Shown: piece after piece, positions 28,495-38,287 of the stretch
Position numbering within the stretch: the stretch's first letter is position 1
Layout of the letters: the number at the start of each line of letters is the position of its first letter
Notes under the pieces: model-generated
What the model saw: the letters and a program-made list of their open reading frames with translations, nothing else
What the model was told of the DNA's origin: nothing
The model's database searches: none
NCBI GenBank assembly: GCA_963662315.1
Contig: OY759353.1
Location: 288,001 to 352,000 of the forward strand
Length of the DNA stretch: 64,000 nt
Direction of reading: 5' to 3'
From: Geopsychrobacteraceae bacterium
GTDB taxonomy: Bacteria; Desulfobacterota; Desulfuromonadia; Desulfuromonadales; Geopsychrobacteraceae
Program-made: the position numbers and the translations under genes

Positions 28495-29334
28495 TTAATC
28501 GACTTTAGGCAGCGACTGTTTCAACAAGATCAACAGCATTTGCCAGGTTTCGGCTCCTGCCAGTAGCGTTCCGTCAAGGCTGGCAATCGGTCTGACGCCG
28601 ATCAGGGAGTTGGTGATAAAGGCCTCATCTGCATCCAGCAACTCTTGAAGGGTGATATCCTGTTCGACCACCTGCATGTCGAGCAGTGGGATCAGCTGCA
28701 GCAGCTTTTGCCGGACAATACCGTTCAGCACCAGGTTGCCGCATGGCGGTGTCAACAGCGTACGGTTTTTACGGATAAACAGGTTGGTGGTGGCGCCCTC
28801 CAGAACATGGCCATTGTGATCAACGAAGATGGCCTCATCAGCCTTGTTCTCACTGGCATAGTGCCGCGCATACAGGCAATCTGCATAATTCCCCCGCTTC
28901 ATCTGCGGGAGGTGGCTGGTTGGGTTGACCCTGTGGTTGGGGGCGGTGACGCAGGTGACCGGCGTGGGCCACCTACCGTCTTTTGTTTCCTGATAAGGGG
29001 TGGCGGTAATACAGAACCAGGCCTCCTTGTCGTCCGGATATTCAAGGCCGTGAAATTCCCCGCGACTGATGGTCAGGCGCAGGCGTGAACAGGGGCAGGT
29101 GATCTTTGTGCAGACCTGCTGCAGGGCGGTTTCAATGGCAGCACGATTGCAGGGGAAGTTGAGGGCCTTGGCTGATTGCTCAAGACGGTCCAGGTGTTCC
29201 TTTTGCAGCATGATGGTTGTGCCATAGGCTTTCATGGTTTCGAAAAGGGTTTCACCGAACAGTACGCTGCCGTCACTGATAGAGACGTTGGCTTCGTGGT
29301 CGGCGACAAAATGGCCATTAATGTTGATCAGCAT
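28495..29334 (-). CDS. Aminotransferase class IV (4-amino-4-deoxychorismate lyase-like)
   Basis: GETLFETMKA, HLDRL, RLTISRG, EGATTNLF, LNGIVR, ADEAFITNS; downstream of the PabB-like gene. Confidence 0.88.
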   Translation of the reverse strand: MLININGHFVADHEANVSISDGSVLFGETLFETMKAYGTTIMLQKEHLDRLEQSAKALNFPCNRAAIETALQQVCTKITCPCSRLRLTISRGEFHGLEYPDDKEAWFCITATPYQETKDGRWPTPVTCVTAPNHRVNPTSHLPQMKRGNYADCLYARHYASENKADEAIFVDHNGHVLEGATTNLFIRKNRTLLTPPCGNLVLNGIVRQKLLQLIPLLDMQVVEQDITLQELLDADEAFITNSLIGVRPIASLDGTLLAGAETWQMLLILLKQSLPKVD

Positions 29335-29338
29335 GAGG

Positions 29339-30700
29339 TTAGCCTTTCACCTGTTCCAGAACGGTGCGCATGGCTTCCCCTTTGGCGAGACACTCATGCC
29401 ATTCATTTTCGGGGATGGAGTCAGCGACAATTCCGGCGCCGGTCTGGTAGGTCAGAATATGGTTAAAACGTTGAAAGCTGCGAATCAGAATGTTCAGGTC
29501 CATGGCGCCGGTCACGCTGATATAGCCGGCACTGCCGGTATAGCTGCCACGGCCGACCGATTCCAGTTCATCGATAATCTCCATGCAGCGCTTCTTGGGC
29601 ACCCCGGTAATGGTTCCGCCGGGGAAGGTGGCCCGCAGCAGCCCGAAGGGGCCGCAGTCGTTTCTCAGTCTGCCACGGACGTTGGAGACAATGTGGGTGA
29701 CGTGGGAGTAGCGCTCCAGAACCATCAGCTCGTCAACTTCAACGCTTCCGGCCTGACAGACTTTGCCCAGATCATTGCGCTCCAGGTCGATGAGCATAAT
29801 ATGCTCGGCCCGCTCTTTGGGGTGACCGAGCAGCTCTTTGCCAAGCTGGTGATCCTGAGGTGGGCTAAACCCGCGTGGCCTGGTGCCGGCGATGGGGCGT
29901 GTTTCGGCCAGGCCGTCCTCACTTAAGGAGACCAGTCGTTCCGGGGAGCTGGAAATAATCTCCAGACCGGGGAAGTTCAGATAACAGGCAAAGGGGGAGG
30001 GGTTAAGCTCGCGCAAATGGCGGTAGAGTTGCGTTGATGAACCGCTGATGCGCCCATCAAAGCGGCACGACAGATTGACCTGATAAATATCACCGGCGGC
30101 AATATATTCTTTTCCCTGTTCCACCATCGCCATAAAGGTTTCTTGACTGATGATCGGTTGTGGCAGCATATCAACTTGCAGGGGCAGAGGGGCTTCGTCA
30201 GGTTGGATCTGCTTGATCCGTACCGCCATTGCCTCCAGATCAAAATCATCAGCAACGGTAGCGATGATCAGGTTCTTATGCTGATGATCGTAAACGGCCG
30301 TGGCATCGACCCAGTAGAGGTCCAGGTCCGGAGTTGGCAGATCGCGCCGCGCTCGCTGCGGTAAGCGTTCGATGGCGGCGGCCAGATCGTAACTGAAATA
30401 GCCGAAAAAACCACCGGGAAAAGGGGACGGCGAAGCCTGTTGATGTTGCGCCGCCAGAATATCTTCAAGAATGCTGAAGGGATCGCCCGGTAGCTCACTG
30501 TATAGATCTCCATCAAGGCAAAACAGCTTGCCCGCTGCTAGTACGTAGCGTTCAGTTGTGCGCAGTGGCACGATGGAATAGCGTCCGGTTTTGGGTAACG
30601 GGTTCAACGTTTCCAGAAAGCCGGGTCCGCCGGGGCATAAATGGTTATAGATGGCCAGAGGATCAAAGCTGTCCATAGCCATGGTCAGATGACGAATCAT
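29339..30700 (-). CDS. Aminodeoxychorismate/anthranilate synthase component I family (PabB-like)
   Basis: GDIYQVNLS, SSPERL, TRPIAGTRPRG, KERAEHIMLIDLERNDLG, FPGGTITGVPK, GAGIVADS. Confidence 0.92.
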   Translation of the reverse strand: MIRHLTMAMDSFDPLAIYNHLCPGGPGFLETLNPLPKTGRYSIVPLRTTERYVLAAGKLFCLDGDLYSELPGDPFSILEDILAAQHQQASPSPFPGGFFGYFSYDLAAAIERLPQRARRDLPTPDLDLYWVDATAVYDHQHKNLIIATVADDFDLEAMAVRIKQIQPDEAPLPLQVDMLPQPIISQETFMAMVEQGKEYIAAGDIYQVNLSCRFDGRISGSSTQLYRHLRELNPSPFACYLNFPGLEIISSSPERLVSLSEDGLAETRPIAGTRPRGFSPPQDHQLGKELLGHPKERAEHIMLIDLERNDLGKVCQAGSVEVDELMVLERYSHVTHIVSNVRGRLRNDCGPFGLLRATFPGGTITGVPKKRCMEIIDELESVGRGSYTGSAGYISVTGAMDLNILIRSFQRFNHILTYQTGAGIVADSIPENEWHECLAKGEAMRTVLEQVKG

Positions 30701-31299
30701 TGGTTAGCTTCCAGTTTGAGATTGAGTGGTTTTCTGGCAATGATCCCGACTAGCGATCCTCCCTTTTTCGACGCTTCAACGCCTTCTTCATAAACAAGGA
30801 TTTCCCAGCCGTTGAACAGCTGGCGCAGCGCTCCTGTTTCCATAACCATGGCCGGAGCGAGGCGGCACGGCTCGAAATCACCTGCGTGACTGAAGGTGCG
30901 GATAATAATGAGCCCCCCCGGTTTAACCAGTTTCTGCATCGATGGAAGCAGCGGGCGGTGCATATAATAAAAGTTGATCACCAGGTCAAACTGTTGCGCA
31001 GGGAGGTCCGGTTGTTGCTCCAAGTCAATCAGCCGGGTGGTCAGTTTCAGCCCGCGCCTGGCCCCTTCTTCCTGTAATTGATTCAAAGCCACCCGGGAAT
31101 AATCAACGGCGGTTACCTGGTAGCCATGCTCGGCCAGGAACAAGGCATTACGTCCTCGCCCACAGGCGAGGTCAAGCGCGGTGCCCTGTCTAAGGATATG
31201 ACGGTGAGCAGCCAACCAGCTGTCGACCTGCCAGCCGTCGCTGAAGCTCTTTTTCTGCCAGCGCTGATCCCAGGTCTGTTGTTCTTTATTGTCGGGCAT
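30697..31299 (-). CDS. Class I SAM methyltransferase (TehB-like)
   Basis: ALDLACGRGRNALFLA...VDYS...KPGG. Confidence 0.88.
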   Translation of the reverse strand: MPDNKEQQTWDQRWQKKSFSDGWQVDSWLAAHRHILRQGTALDLACGRGRNALFLAEHGYQVTAVDYSRVALNQLQEEGARRGLKLTTRLIDLEQQPDLPAQQFDLVINFYYMHRPLLPSMQKLVKPGGLIIIRTFSHAGDFEPCRLAPAMVMETGALRQLFNGWEILVYEEGVEASKKGGSLVGIIARKPLNLKLEANQ

Positions 31300-31306
31300 A
31301 GTCTCT

Positions 31307-32164
31307 CTACTGTTTCATCAGGGCTACGGCAATCAGGGCCAGTACAATGGCGGCGATGCGTGGCCTGGACAAGTGTTCACGGTACAGAATAACCGAAAGG
31401 ATAATGGCAATAATAAACTGCATGCCGGTGATCAGCATCACGGCTGACAGCGGACCGGTTTCCATGGCGCAGAGCAGGGCATAAAAACCGACAAAGTTGA
31501 GCGCACCCATGGTCAGGCCCAATGTGAGTGCGGCTTTGTTGTTGCCAGCTCCCGGCGATTTTTTCCAACGCAGGTTAATCCCCAAAGAGAAAACAGTTGC
31601 CAGCAGGTAAGTCAGTGCCATGAAGGCGGCTTTATCGGTTTGTATGGCGGCAAATTTACAGGATATGGAGGACAGGGCCGCGCAGCTGATGTTGGCAGCG
31701 ACAAACCATAAACCGGTCATCTGGCTGGCGTTGATCTTCCGACTGCGCAGTTCACTGAGCAAGACCCCGACAACGGCGAAAGCCGACAGCATACCGAGCC
31801 ATTGAATCGAACGCAGATGGTCGCCAAAATAGCTGAGGGAAAACAGGATAACCAGCACCATGGTCAGGCGGGTCAGGGGGAAGGTAACGCTGGCCGGCAG
31901 GCGTTTCAGGGCTTCAATATTAAAGATAGTGGCCGCGGCAAAGGTGGTGCTGTTGATCAGTGACCAGAGGATCAGCGCCCCGGGGTTAACGATGACGGTG
32001 GCCTTGCTGACATAGGTGACGGTGCTGAGCAGGGTGACGGTCCCCATGAAGATGGTCGTTGTCAGCACCGAGCCGCAACCGCGCTCGGCGGCAACCTTGT
32101 AAAGAAAGCGCTGACTGCCGAGCAACAACAGCGCAGCGATGCTGTAGAGATACCAGGTAGCCAT
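31307..32164 (-). CDS. EamA/DMT family transporter
   Basis: About 10 hydrophobic segments in two repeats; ILSVILYREHL motif. Confidence 0.85.
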   Translation of the reverse strand: MATWYLYSIAALLLLGSQRFLYKVAAERGCGSVLTTTIFMGTVTLLSTVTYVSKATVIVNPGALILWSLINSTTFAAATIFNIEALKRLPASVTFPLTRLTMVLVILFSLSYFGDHLRSIQWLGMLSAFAVVGVLLSELRSRKINASQMTGLWFVAANISCAALSSISCKFAAIQTDKAAFMALTYLLATVFSLGINLRWKKSPGAGNNKAALTLGLTMGALNFVGFYALLCAMETGPLSAVMLITGMQFIIAIILSVILYREHLSRPRIAAIVLALIAVALMKQ

Positions 32165-32191
32165 AATGATAAAAGTGTCCGGATGAGAATT

Positions 32192-32304
32192 CCTTTTCCC
32201 TCTGGGAGAAGGTGCCCAGCGGGCGGATGAGGGAGTTGTGAGACCTTGCCCCTCACCCGGTGTTGCGCACCCCCCCCCCTCTCCCCGTGGGGAGAGGGGG
32301 GGGG
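32192..32304. repeat. BoxC-like inverted palindromic repeat pair
   Basis: ccttttccctctgggagaagg...gatgaggg followed by cccctcacccg...ccctctccccgtggggagaggg. Confidence 0.7.
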
Positions 32305-32309
32305 AATAG

Positions 32310-34346
32310 TTAGTCGCGCAAAATCCAGTGGATTACCCGCCGTGGGCCATGGACGCCGACGGTCATGGTCCCTTCGATATCGCCAGTGCGGCTTGGTCCG
32401 CTGATCTGGGTTAATCGCGAAGGCATCGGATCTTTCATCTGGGCGAAGTAAGTATTCAGATCCGCCAGCAGTGCTGACTCCGGACTGATACCGACATGCA
32501 CCTCAGGCAGTAACGAGGCCAGGGTCCCTTTGCCTGCCGCAGCGGGGAAGATCATCGATCCGGTTTCCGCGATATAGGCAGGACTGTAGGTGATACCCAG
32601 ACGCGCGGTGATCAGATCGTCCATGTGCCAGCCGGTGCCGTGAACATTGTCTTCGGTTGCGGCGACGTGGCAATCGGCCTGATCCAGAATGGTTGCGATC
32701 TGATCGTGCAGGTCCTGGGGCCAGCCCCGGCTCGGCAATGCGGTGCAGGAGACGGATTCTTCCTGCAACAGGTCGGTGATCAGTTGGGGCAGGTTGGCAC
32801 GGCTGATTTCCTTGATTTCAACGCCCAGAGCTCCGGCGCGCTGCTGATAGAGAGCAAACAGCTCTTCAGTGCTTGGCGCTGGTGGAGCTGCGACCGCCTT
32901 GGTGGTTGCTTGCTCCGCTGGGGTTTCCAGGCGTTTGAGCTTGGGCCCCTTGCGCTCGGGTTGATGTTGTTGCCACCAGCTACGGAAATCCTGATCGTTT
33001 TTTGGTACCGGAAGTTCCCGGCAACTTGACCAGTTGGCCGCGCTTTTGTTCAATTTCGGCAGCATCCCTGCGATGGTCTGGGCACGCAGGACACGGCGTA
33101 AACTGTGAACCCCACGCCGATAAGCAAACGGTTTGGTGGCCATCCGCGCGGCAAGGGTGGATGCAGTGTTCGGTTGCTGGCTACGGTTACGCAGCGTGCG
33201 GTGGTATTCCGGCAGGGGAATTTTCACGGCACATACCTCGGCACAGCGACCGCACAGGGTACAGGCATTGGCCAGGTCGGGGTAGATGGTATCCCCCCAG
33301 ATCAGTGATGACAGGATTGTCCCCATGGGGCCCGAATAGGGGGATTCATAGGCATGGCCACCAACCGCATTATAAACCGGGCAATGGTTAAGGCAGCTGC
33401 CACAGTGCAGGCAATGCAGAATTTCGCGCCACGGGCTGGCCGAAATGCTGGTCCGGCCATTATCCAGCAGGACGACGTGCAGCTCTTCGGGGCCTTCTGT
33501 TTCGCCGGGACGCCGTGGTCCGGTGGTCATGCTGATATAGCTGGATGCCCGCTGTCCAGTGGCTGAACAGGTGAGCAACGACAGAAAGTCGGGCAGGTCG
33601 GCTAGGGTCGGTATAATCTTTTCCATGCCGACCAGAGCGACATGAACCGGAGGGAGGGAGGTGCACATGCGGCCGTTCCCCTCGTTGGTCACCAGAGCGA
33701 TGGTCCCGGTATCGGCCACGGCAAAGTTGCAGCCGGTAATCCCCATACCGGCGTCCAGAAAACGATGCCGCAGAACCTTACGGGCAAAGCGCACCATTCC
33801 TTCAACATCAAGATTGTTCGGCGCTCCCAGTTTTTCGGCAAACAGGTGGCGTACTTCATCCTGATTACGGTGAATGGCCGGTGCCAGAATGTGGGATGGA
33901 TGCTCTCCGGCCAGCTGAATGATAAATTCACCCAGATCGGTCTCGGTAACTTCAACACCGACGGCCTGCAGAACCTGGTTAAGGCCGACCTCTTCCGTGG
34001 TCATCGATTTTGATTTGACCGCCGTCTGGATACCGCGGTTGCGGGCGATCTGAGTAATAATCTGTCCGGCTTCGGTGGCGTCTTTAGCGCGGTGTACAAC
34101 GCCGCCAAGGGCTTCGACCTTGGCGCTGAATTTTCCGGCCCAGTGTTCAAGGTTGCCGGATACCGGCAACTTGCGGAAGCGGCCCCAGGCGCGCAGATCC
34201 TCAAAGCCTGGTTTGGTGCTGATGGTATTGGCGCGCATGCGGGCCAACAGGCCGGCTGTTTTACGCACCGCAGCCTGCAGCCGTTTGTTGGGAATAGCTT
34301 GCGCGCTGCTGTCACGAAAGTTATGACGAATGACTGATCTCTTCAT
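32310..34346 (-). CDS. lutB: Lactate utilization LutB(LldF)-LutC(LldG) fusion
   Basis: KSKSMTTEE, ETDLGEFIIQL, NEGNGR, CLHCGSCLNHCP, CTLCGRCAEVC; extra C-terminal LUD domain with ISGPSRTGDIE...GVHGP. Confidence 0.9.
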   Translation of the reverse strand: MKRSVIRHNFRDSSAQAIPNKRLQAAVRKTAGLLARMRANTISTKPGFEDLRAWGRFRKLPVSGNLEHWAGKFSAKVEALGGVVHRAKDATEAGQIITQIARNRGIQTAVKSKSMTTEEVGLNQVLQAVGVEVTETDLGEFIIQLAGEHPSHILAPAIHRNQDEVRHLFAEKLGAPNNLDVEGMVRFARKVLRHRFLDAGMGITGCNFAVADTGTIALVTNEGNGRMCTSLPPVHVALVGMEKIIPTLADLPDFLSLLTCSATGQRASSYISMTTGPRRPGETEGPEELHVVLLDNGRTSISASPWREILHCLHCGSCLNHCPVYNAVGGHAYESPYSGPMGTILSSLIWGDTIYPDLANACTLCGRCAEVCAVKIPLPEYHRTLRNRSQQPNTASTLAARMATKPFAYRRGVHSLRRVLRAQTIAGMLPKLNKSAANWSSCRELPVPKNDQDFRSWWQQHQPERKGPKLKRLETPAEQATTKAVAAPPAPSTEELFALYQQRAGALGVEIKEISRANLPQLITDLLQEESVSCTALPSRGWPQDLHDQIATILDQADCHVAATEDNVHGTGWHMDDLITARLGITYSPAYIAETGSMIFPAAAGKGTLASLLPEVHVGISPESALLADLNTYFAQMKDPMPSRLTQISGPSRTGDIEGTMTVGVHGPRRVIHWILRD

Positions 34347-35092
34347 TATTTCGCTCCTTCCAGGGCTTCGGCAATCAACTCTGAAATGTGGGCGAAACGT
34401 AGCGCGTGCCCCTGTTTTTTGGCCCCGCCTGCCAGGTGAGTCATACAGCTTAAGTCGAGGGCGGTCACGGTTTCTGCTCCGGTACTGATAATATTGTCCA
34501 GTTTGTCCTGGAGCAGCTGACCTGACACTTCCGGCAGCTTGACCGAGAAGGTTCCACCAAAGCCGCAGCAGGTGTCGGCATCGGGCAGTTCAATGAATTT
34601 GTCACCGAGGAGCTGGCGCAGGTATTTTTCGGCAACGCCACGCAGCCCGATACCACGCAGGGTTGAACAGGTCGAATGATAGGTCGTCTTGACCGGAGCC
34701 GGGTGCGTAGGCAGATCGTGGACTCCGGCTTTGTCGAGGAACTCGCAGAATTCATAGGTTTTCTGCCCCATGGCGACAAAGCGGCCGTGCAGCTCCGGAT
34801 CATCGACAAACAGATCAGGATAGTTGTTTCTGATGGTATTGACACATGAAGAACTGGGGGCGACGATCACCTCGGCACTTTCAAAGACCTTGAGAAAATG
34901 GCGGGCCATCATTCGGGCTTCCTTGGTTTCGTTGGTATTGATCCATTTCTGGCCGCAGCAAGTCTGATCCTGACGGAATTCAACGGTAAAACCGGCCGCT
35001 TCCAGAACTTTAACGCAGGCCTTGCCAACGGCTGGATAGAGGGCTTCGGCAGAGCAGGTCAGAAATAATGAAACACGGTAGGGGAAGGACAT
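34346..35092 (-). CDS. lutA: Lactate utilization protein LutA (LldE), CCG domains
   Basis: QTCCGQ and CCGFGGTFSVK. Confidence 0.9.
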   Translation of the reverse strand: MSFPYRVSLFLTCSAEALYPAVGKACVKVLEAAGFTVEFRQDQTCCGQKWINTNETKEARMMARHFLKVFESAEVIVAPSSSCVNTIRNNYPDLFVDDPELHGRFVAMGQKTYEFCEFLDKAGVHDLPTHPAPVKTTYHSTCSTLRGIGLRGVAEKYLRQLLGDKFIELPDADTCCGFGGTFSVKLPEVSGQLLQDKLDNIISTGAETVTALDLSCMTHLAGGAKKQGHALRFAHISELIAEALEGAK

Positions 35093-35107
35093 ACTTAATA
35101 CTCCAGA

Positions 35108-36376
35108 CTAAAGTACCGAGGCGACGTAGGGACCTTCGGGGACAACGTAAATGGTGTCACTTTGAGCACACAGTTCACTCAGGGTCTGATCCAGGTTGGT
35201 TACCAGGGTAATGCCAAACGGATCGACCTGTTCCTGGTTCAGATTTGGTGAGTAGAGCAGAATGCGACCAGCCCGTTCAAGGGTTTGAAAATAGACCTGT
35301 GCTCCCCACTGGTCAACCACGAAATTGGCGGGATCACTGTAAATGTTGCGAAATTCGGCTGGTGACCCTTTGGCGCTGGCGATGATTTTGCGGTAGCTTT
35401 GACTGCCGAGACCTTCGCTGCTGCCGGATATGAGCAAAATGGTGCCGCCGGGACGGACGATTTCCCCTGCTGCTATCAGTCCTTTGGTCGACTGGTAGAA
35501 GGTGGCATCAAGAGGGTAGCCGCCACCACTGGTAATGACCAGATCTGCCGGTTTGCCGACATGCACGACGGCATTGTGTTCGGCAACCTGACATCCGGCG
35601 TTAAACGCTTGTATGACATCACCGGCAAACACATGGGTCGGTTGTTTGGCGTGGTCGACAATGACATTGACGATAAAATCAACACCGGCCTGGGCGCAAA
35701 TACTGTCGACGTGATGACGGAAAGGATTGTGCGTGACCTTGGCCGTGGCGACATCAGGATGGTCGACCAGGGCAAAGGAGTGCATGAACTTCATCGATTC
35801 AAAACTGCTGATACCGGGCAGGATCGACTTCCCGCCACCGGAAAATCCGGCAAACGGGTGCGGCTCAATCAGCCCGGTAAGAATTTTCAGGTCCGCATCA
35901 AGGTAGTGCTGATTCACCTCAATCGGATGACCGTCGATGGTCATGACCTGGCGCAAGGTGGTACGCTCTTCACAGTCGTGATTGATGATCCGGTAGCTGG
36001 CCGCAATCTCAGCGCCGACCAGTTCGACCAGTTCGTTCCCCAGGTTGGGGCGGTGCATACCGGTGGCGATGAGCAGGGTTATCGCCTCGTGTGCAATGCC
36101 TGCGGCCTGAAGGGTGGCCAGCATGGGGGGGAGCAGCAGCTTGTTGGGGACCGGTCGGGTGATATCGGAGATGACAATACAGGCTGATCGCTTCCCTCTG
36201 GCCAGGTCGGCCAGCGGGGCCGTGCCGATGGGGGACTGCAGCGCCGCACTGATGGCGTCAGCGCCAATCACTGGTGCCGCATGATTGGCTGTAGCTATGG
36301 TTTTTACGCGCGGACTGGCCGCCTGATCAAAACGAATGGTGACCTTGTCACGGTGGCAGGGAATGTCGATCTTCAT
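35108..36376 (-). CDS. larA: Nickel-pincer-dependent lactate racemase family protein
   Basis: SDITRPVP, ATGMHR, NHD, IEPHPFAGFSGGGKSILPGI, YQSTKG. Confidence 0.9.
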   Translation of the reverse strand: MKIDIPCHRDKVTIRFDQAASPRVKTIATANHAAPVIGADAISAALQSPIGTAPLADLARGKRSACIVISDITRPVPNKLLLPPMLATLQAAGIAHEAITLLIATGMHRPNLGNELVELVGAEIAASYRIINHDCEERTTLRQVMTIDGHPIEVNQHYLDADLKILTGLIEPHPFAGFSGGGKSILPGISSFESMKFMHSFALVDHPDVATAKVTHNPFRHHVDSICAQAGVDFIVNVIVDHAKQPTHVFAGDVIQAFNAGCQVAEHNAVVHVGKPADLVITSGGGYPLDATFYQSTKGLIAAGEIVRPGGTILLISGSSEGLGSQSYRKIIASAKGSPAEFRNIYSDPANFVVDQWGAQVYFQTLERAGRILLYSPNLNQEQVDPFGITLVTNLDQTLSELCAQSDTIYVVPEGPYVASVL

Positions 36377-36383
36377 GACGATC

Positions 36384-37661
36384 TTACCTCAAAAACAGCC
36401 TGGGGAGCAGCAACGACAGGTCTGGGATATAGGTTACCAGCAGCAGACAGCTGATCAGCAGCAGCAAAAACGGCAGCACGCCCCTGACCACGGTCCGCAT
36501 GTTTTCACCGGTAACCCCCATGGACACGAACAGGTTGAGTCCAAACGGCGGGGTCAGCATGCCGAACTCAATATTCAGCACCATGATAATGCCAAAATGG
36601 ACCAGATCGATATGATAGCCGGTCAGGGTATCAAGGAACAGGGGTGATAAAATCAGCACGGCGCTGACGCTGTCCATGAAACAGCCGAGGACCAGTAAGA
36701 ACAGGTTGATGACGAGCAGGAACAGCCAGGGACTGTGGATGTGCTCCATGACCAGACGGGCAACCATGGCCGGAATCTCTTCCGCTGTCAGCAGCCAGTT
36801 GAACGTCATGGCTCCTGCGAGCAGGAACAACAGGCACGAGGCCATAATGGATGATTCTTTACAAATGCCGGGAATCTCCCAGATGGTACATTCACGGTAA
36901 ATGACCAGCTCGACGAACAGGGCGTAGACAACGCTGATGGCGGCGGCTTCTGTCGGGGTGAAAATTCCTGAGTAGATACCCCCCAGGACCACGACCGGCA
37001 GCAGGATGGCCCAGAATCCTTCCGTGCCGGTTTTTACGACTTCCGCCCACGATGGCTTATGGTCAATTTTCCAGCCATGCTTGCGGGCACGGGTATAGGT
37101 GTAGGCGATCAAGACGGTGCCGATGAGCAGGCCGGGCAGAATTCCGGCCATGAACATTTCAGCAACAGAAACGTTCATTACCAAACAATAAAGAATCATC
37201 GGAATCGATGGCGGGATGACAATTCCAAGCGAGCCCGAGGTGGTGATCAGACCAATGGCAAAGCGCTTATGGTAGCCAGCCTGAATCAGGGCCGGAACCA
37301 TGATGGAGCCGATGGCGACGACAGTCGCCGGGCCCGAACCGGAGATGGCGGCAAAAAATATGCAGGCCAACACCCCGGAAATGCCCAGTCCGCCCGGAAT
37401 CCAGCCGACCAGGGAGTTGATGAAGGCAATCAGCCGCTTGGCAATGGCACCTTTGGTCATGATCGACCCGGCCAGCACGAAAAACGGAATGGCGAGCAGG
37501 ACAAAAGAATCAAGGGAGTTGAACAGCTGCTCGACAACGGCCTGGAGTGGCGTCCAGGAAAAGAAATGCAGGGCCAGCATTGTGACAATGACCAGCATGA
37601 AAGCTAGTGGTACCCCGGCCAGCATCAGGGTGGCAAAGCTGCAGATAATGGCGGTCATCAT
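36384..37661 (-). CDS. dctM: TRAP transporter large permease
   Basis: LLAIPFFVLAG, IPPSIPMILY, FTPTEAAA, TPPFGLNLFV. Confidence 0.95.
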   Translation of the reverse strand: MMTAIICSFATLMLAGVPLAFMLVIVTMLALHFFSWTPLQAVVEQLFNSLDSFVLLAIPFFVLAGSIMTKGAIAKRLIAFINSLVGWIPGGLGISGVLACIFFAAISGSGPATVVAIGSIMVPALIQAGYHKRFAIGLITTSGSLGIVIPPSIPMILYCLVMNVSVAEMFMAGILPGLLIGTVLIAYTYTRARKHGWKIDHKPSWAEVVKTGTEGFWAILLPVVVLGGIYSGIFTPTEAAAISVVYALFVELVIYRECTIWEIPGICKESSIMASCLLFLLAGAMTFNWLLTAEEIPAMVARLVMEHIHSPWLFLLVINLFLLVLGCFMDSVSAVLILSPLFLDTLTGYHIDLVHFGIIMVLNIEFGMLTPPFGLNLFVSMGVTGENMRTVVRGVLPFLLLLISCLLLVTYIPDLSLLLPRLFLR

Positions 37662-38155
37662 GATGGCTGACCTCCACCGGCTGGGGATTTACCAAGCAGC
37701 GCGAGTAGCGCAATGCGATAAAAGCGCAGGGCCATAATCGTGGCAAAAAAAGGTATGGGCAGGTAGGCGATATACATGGGCATCTGCATGGCGGCTGAGG
37801 TGTTGCCGAAGGTGTAATTGTTCTGAACCAGCGCAAAACCGTGATAGGCAAGCAGTAGCATCGCACTGCCGCACAGCAGTCCGATCAGCAGTTGCAGAAG
37901 ACGTCGTACTTGTGGTGCTGCATTGCTGACCAGCAGGTCCATAGCAAAGTGACTGGCGTATTTAACGCCCAGTCCGGCTCCGAGGAAGGTGGCAAAAATA
38001 CCGACATAACGGCCGGCTTCTTCAAACCAGGTAAAGCTGATGTCCAGGACATAGCGACAGAATACCTGAACAACGGCGACCAGAGCCAGACTCAGAAAGG
38101 TCAGGCTCAGGGTTAGTTCCTCGGTTTTCGCGAGAATCGTTAAAATGCGCTTCAT
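37658..38155 (-). CDS. dctQ: TRAP transporter small permease
   Basis: QVFCRYV...WFEEAGRY...HFAMD; 4 TM segments; between dctP and dctM. Confidence 0.9.
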   Translation of the reverse strand: MKRILTILAKTEELTLSLTFLSLALVAVVQVFCRYVLDISFTWFEEAGRYVGIFATFLGAGLGVKYASHFAMDLLVSNAAPQVRRLLQLLIGLLCGSAMLLLAYHGFALVQNNYTFGNTSAAMQMPMYIAYLPIPFFATIMALRFYRIALLALLGKSPAGGGQPS

Positions 38156-38287
38156 TACCGCTCCAGCCAAACATGCCAAAGGGAGGGGTGAATTACCCCT
38201 CCCTCAATGAAATTGAATCGTATACGTAATTGACGCCAACGGCGTGAAGCCGCTGGCGCTTATGTGTCTGCAATAAACGGGTGCTAT

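Noticed and set aside
8852..36187. Long antisense ORFs (e.g. 8852-9676, 17712-18365, 22839-23471, 29234-29926, 35399-36187)
   Set aside because: They are shadows of well-supported genes on the opposite strand, with no independent motifs.
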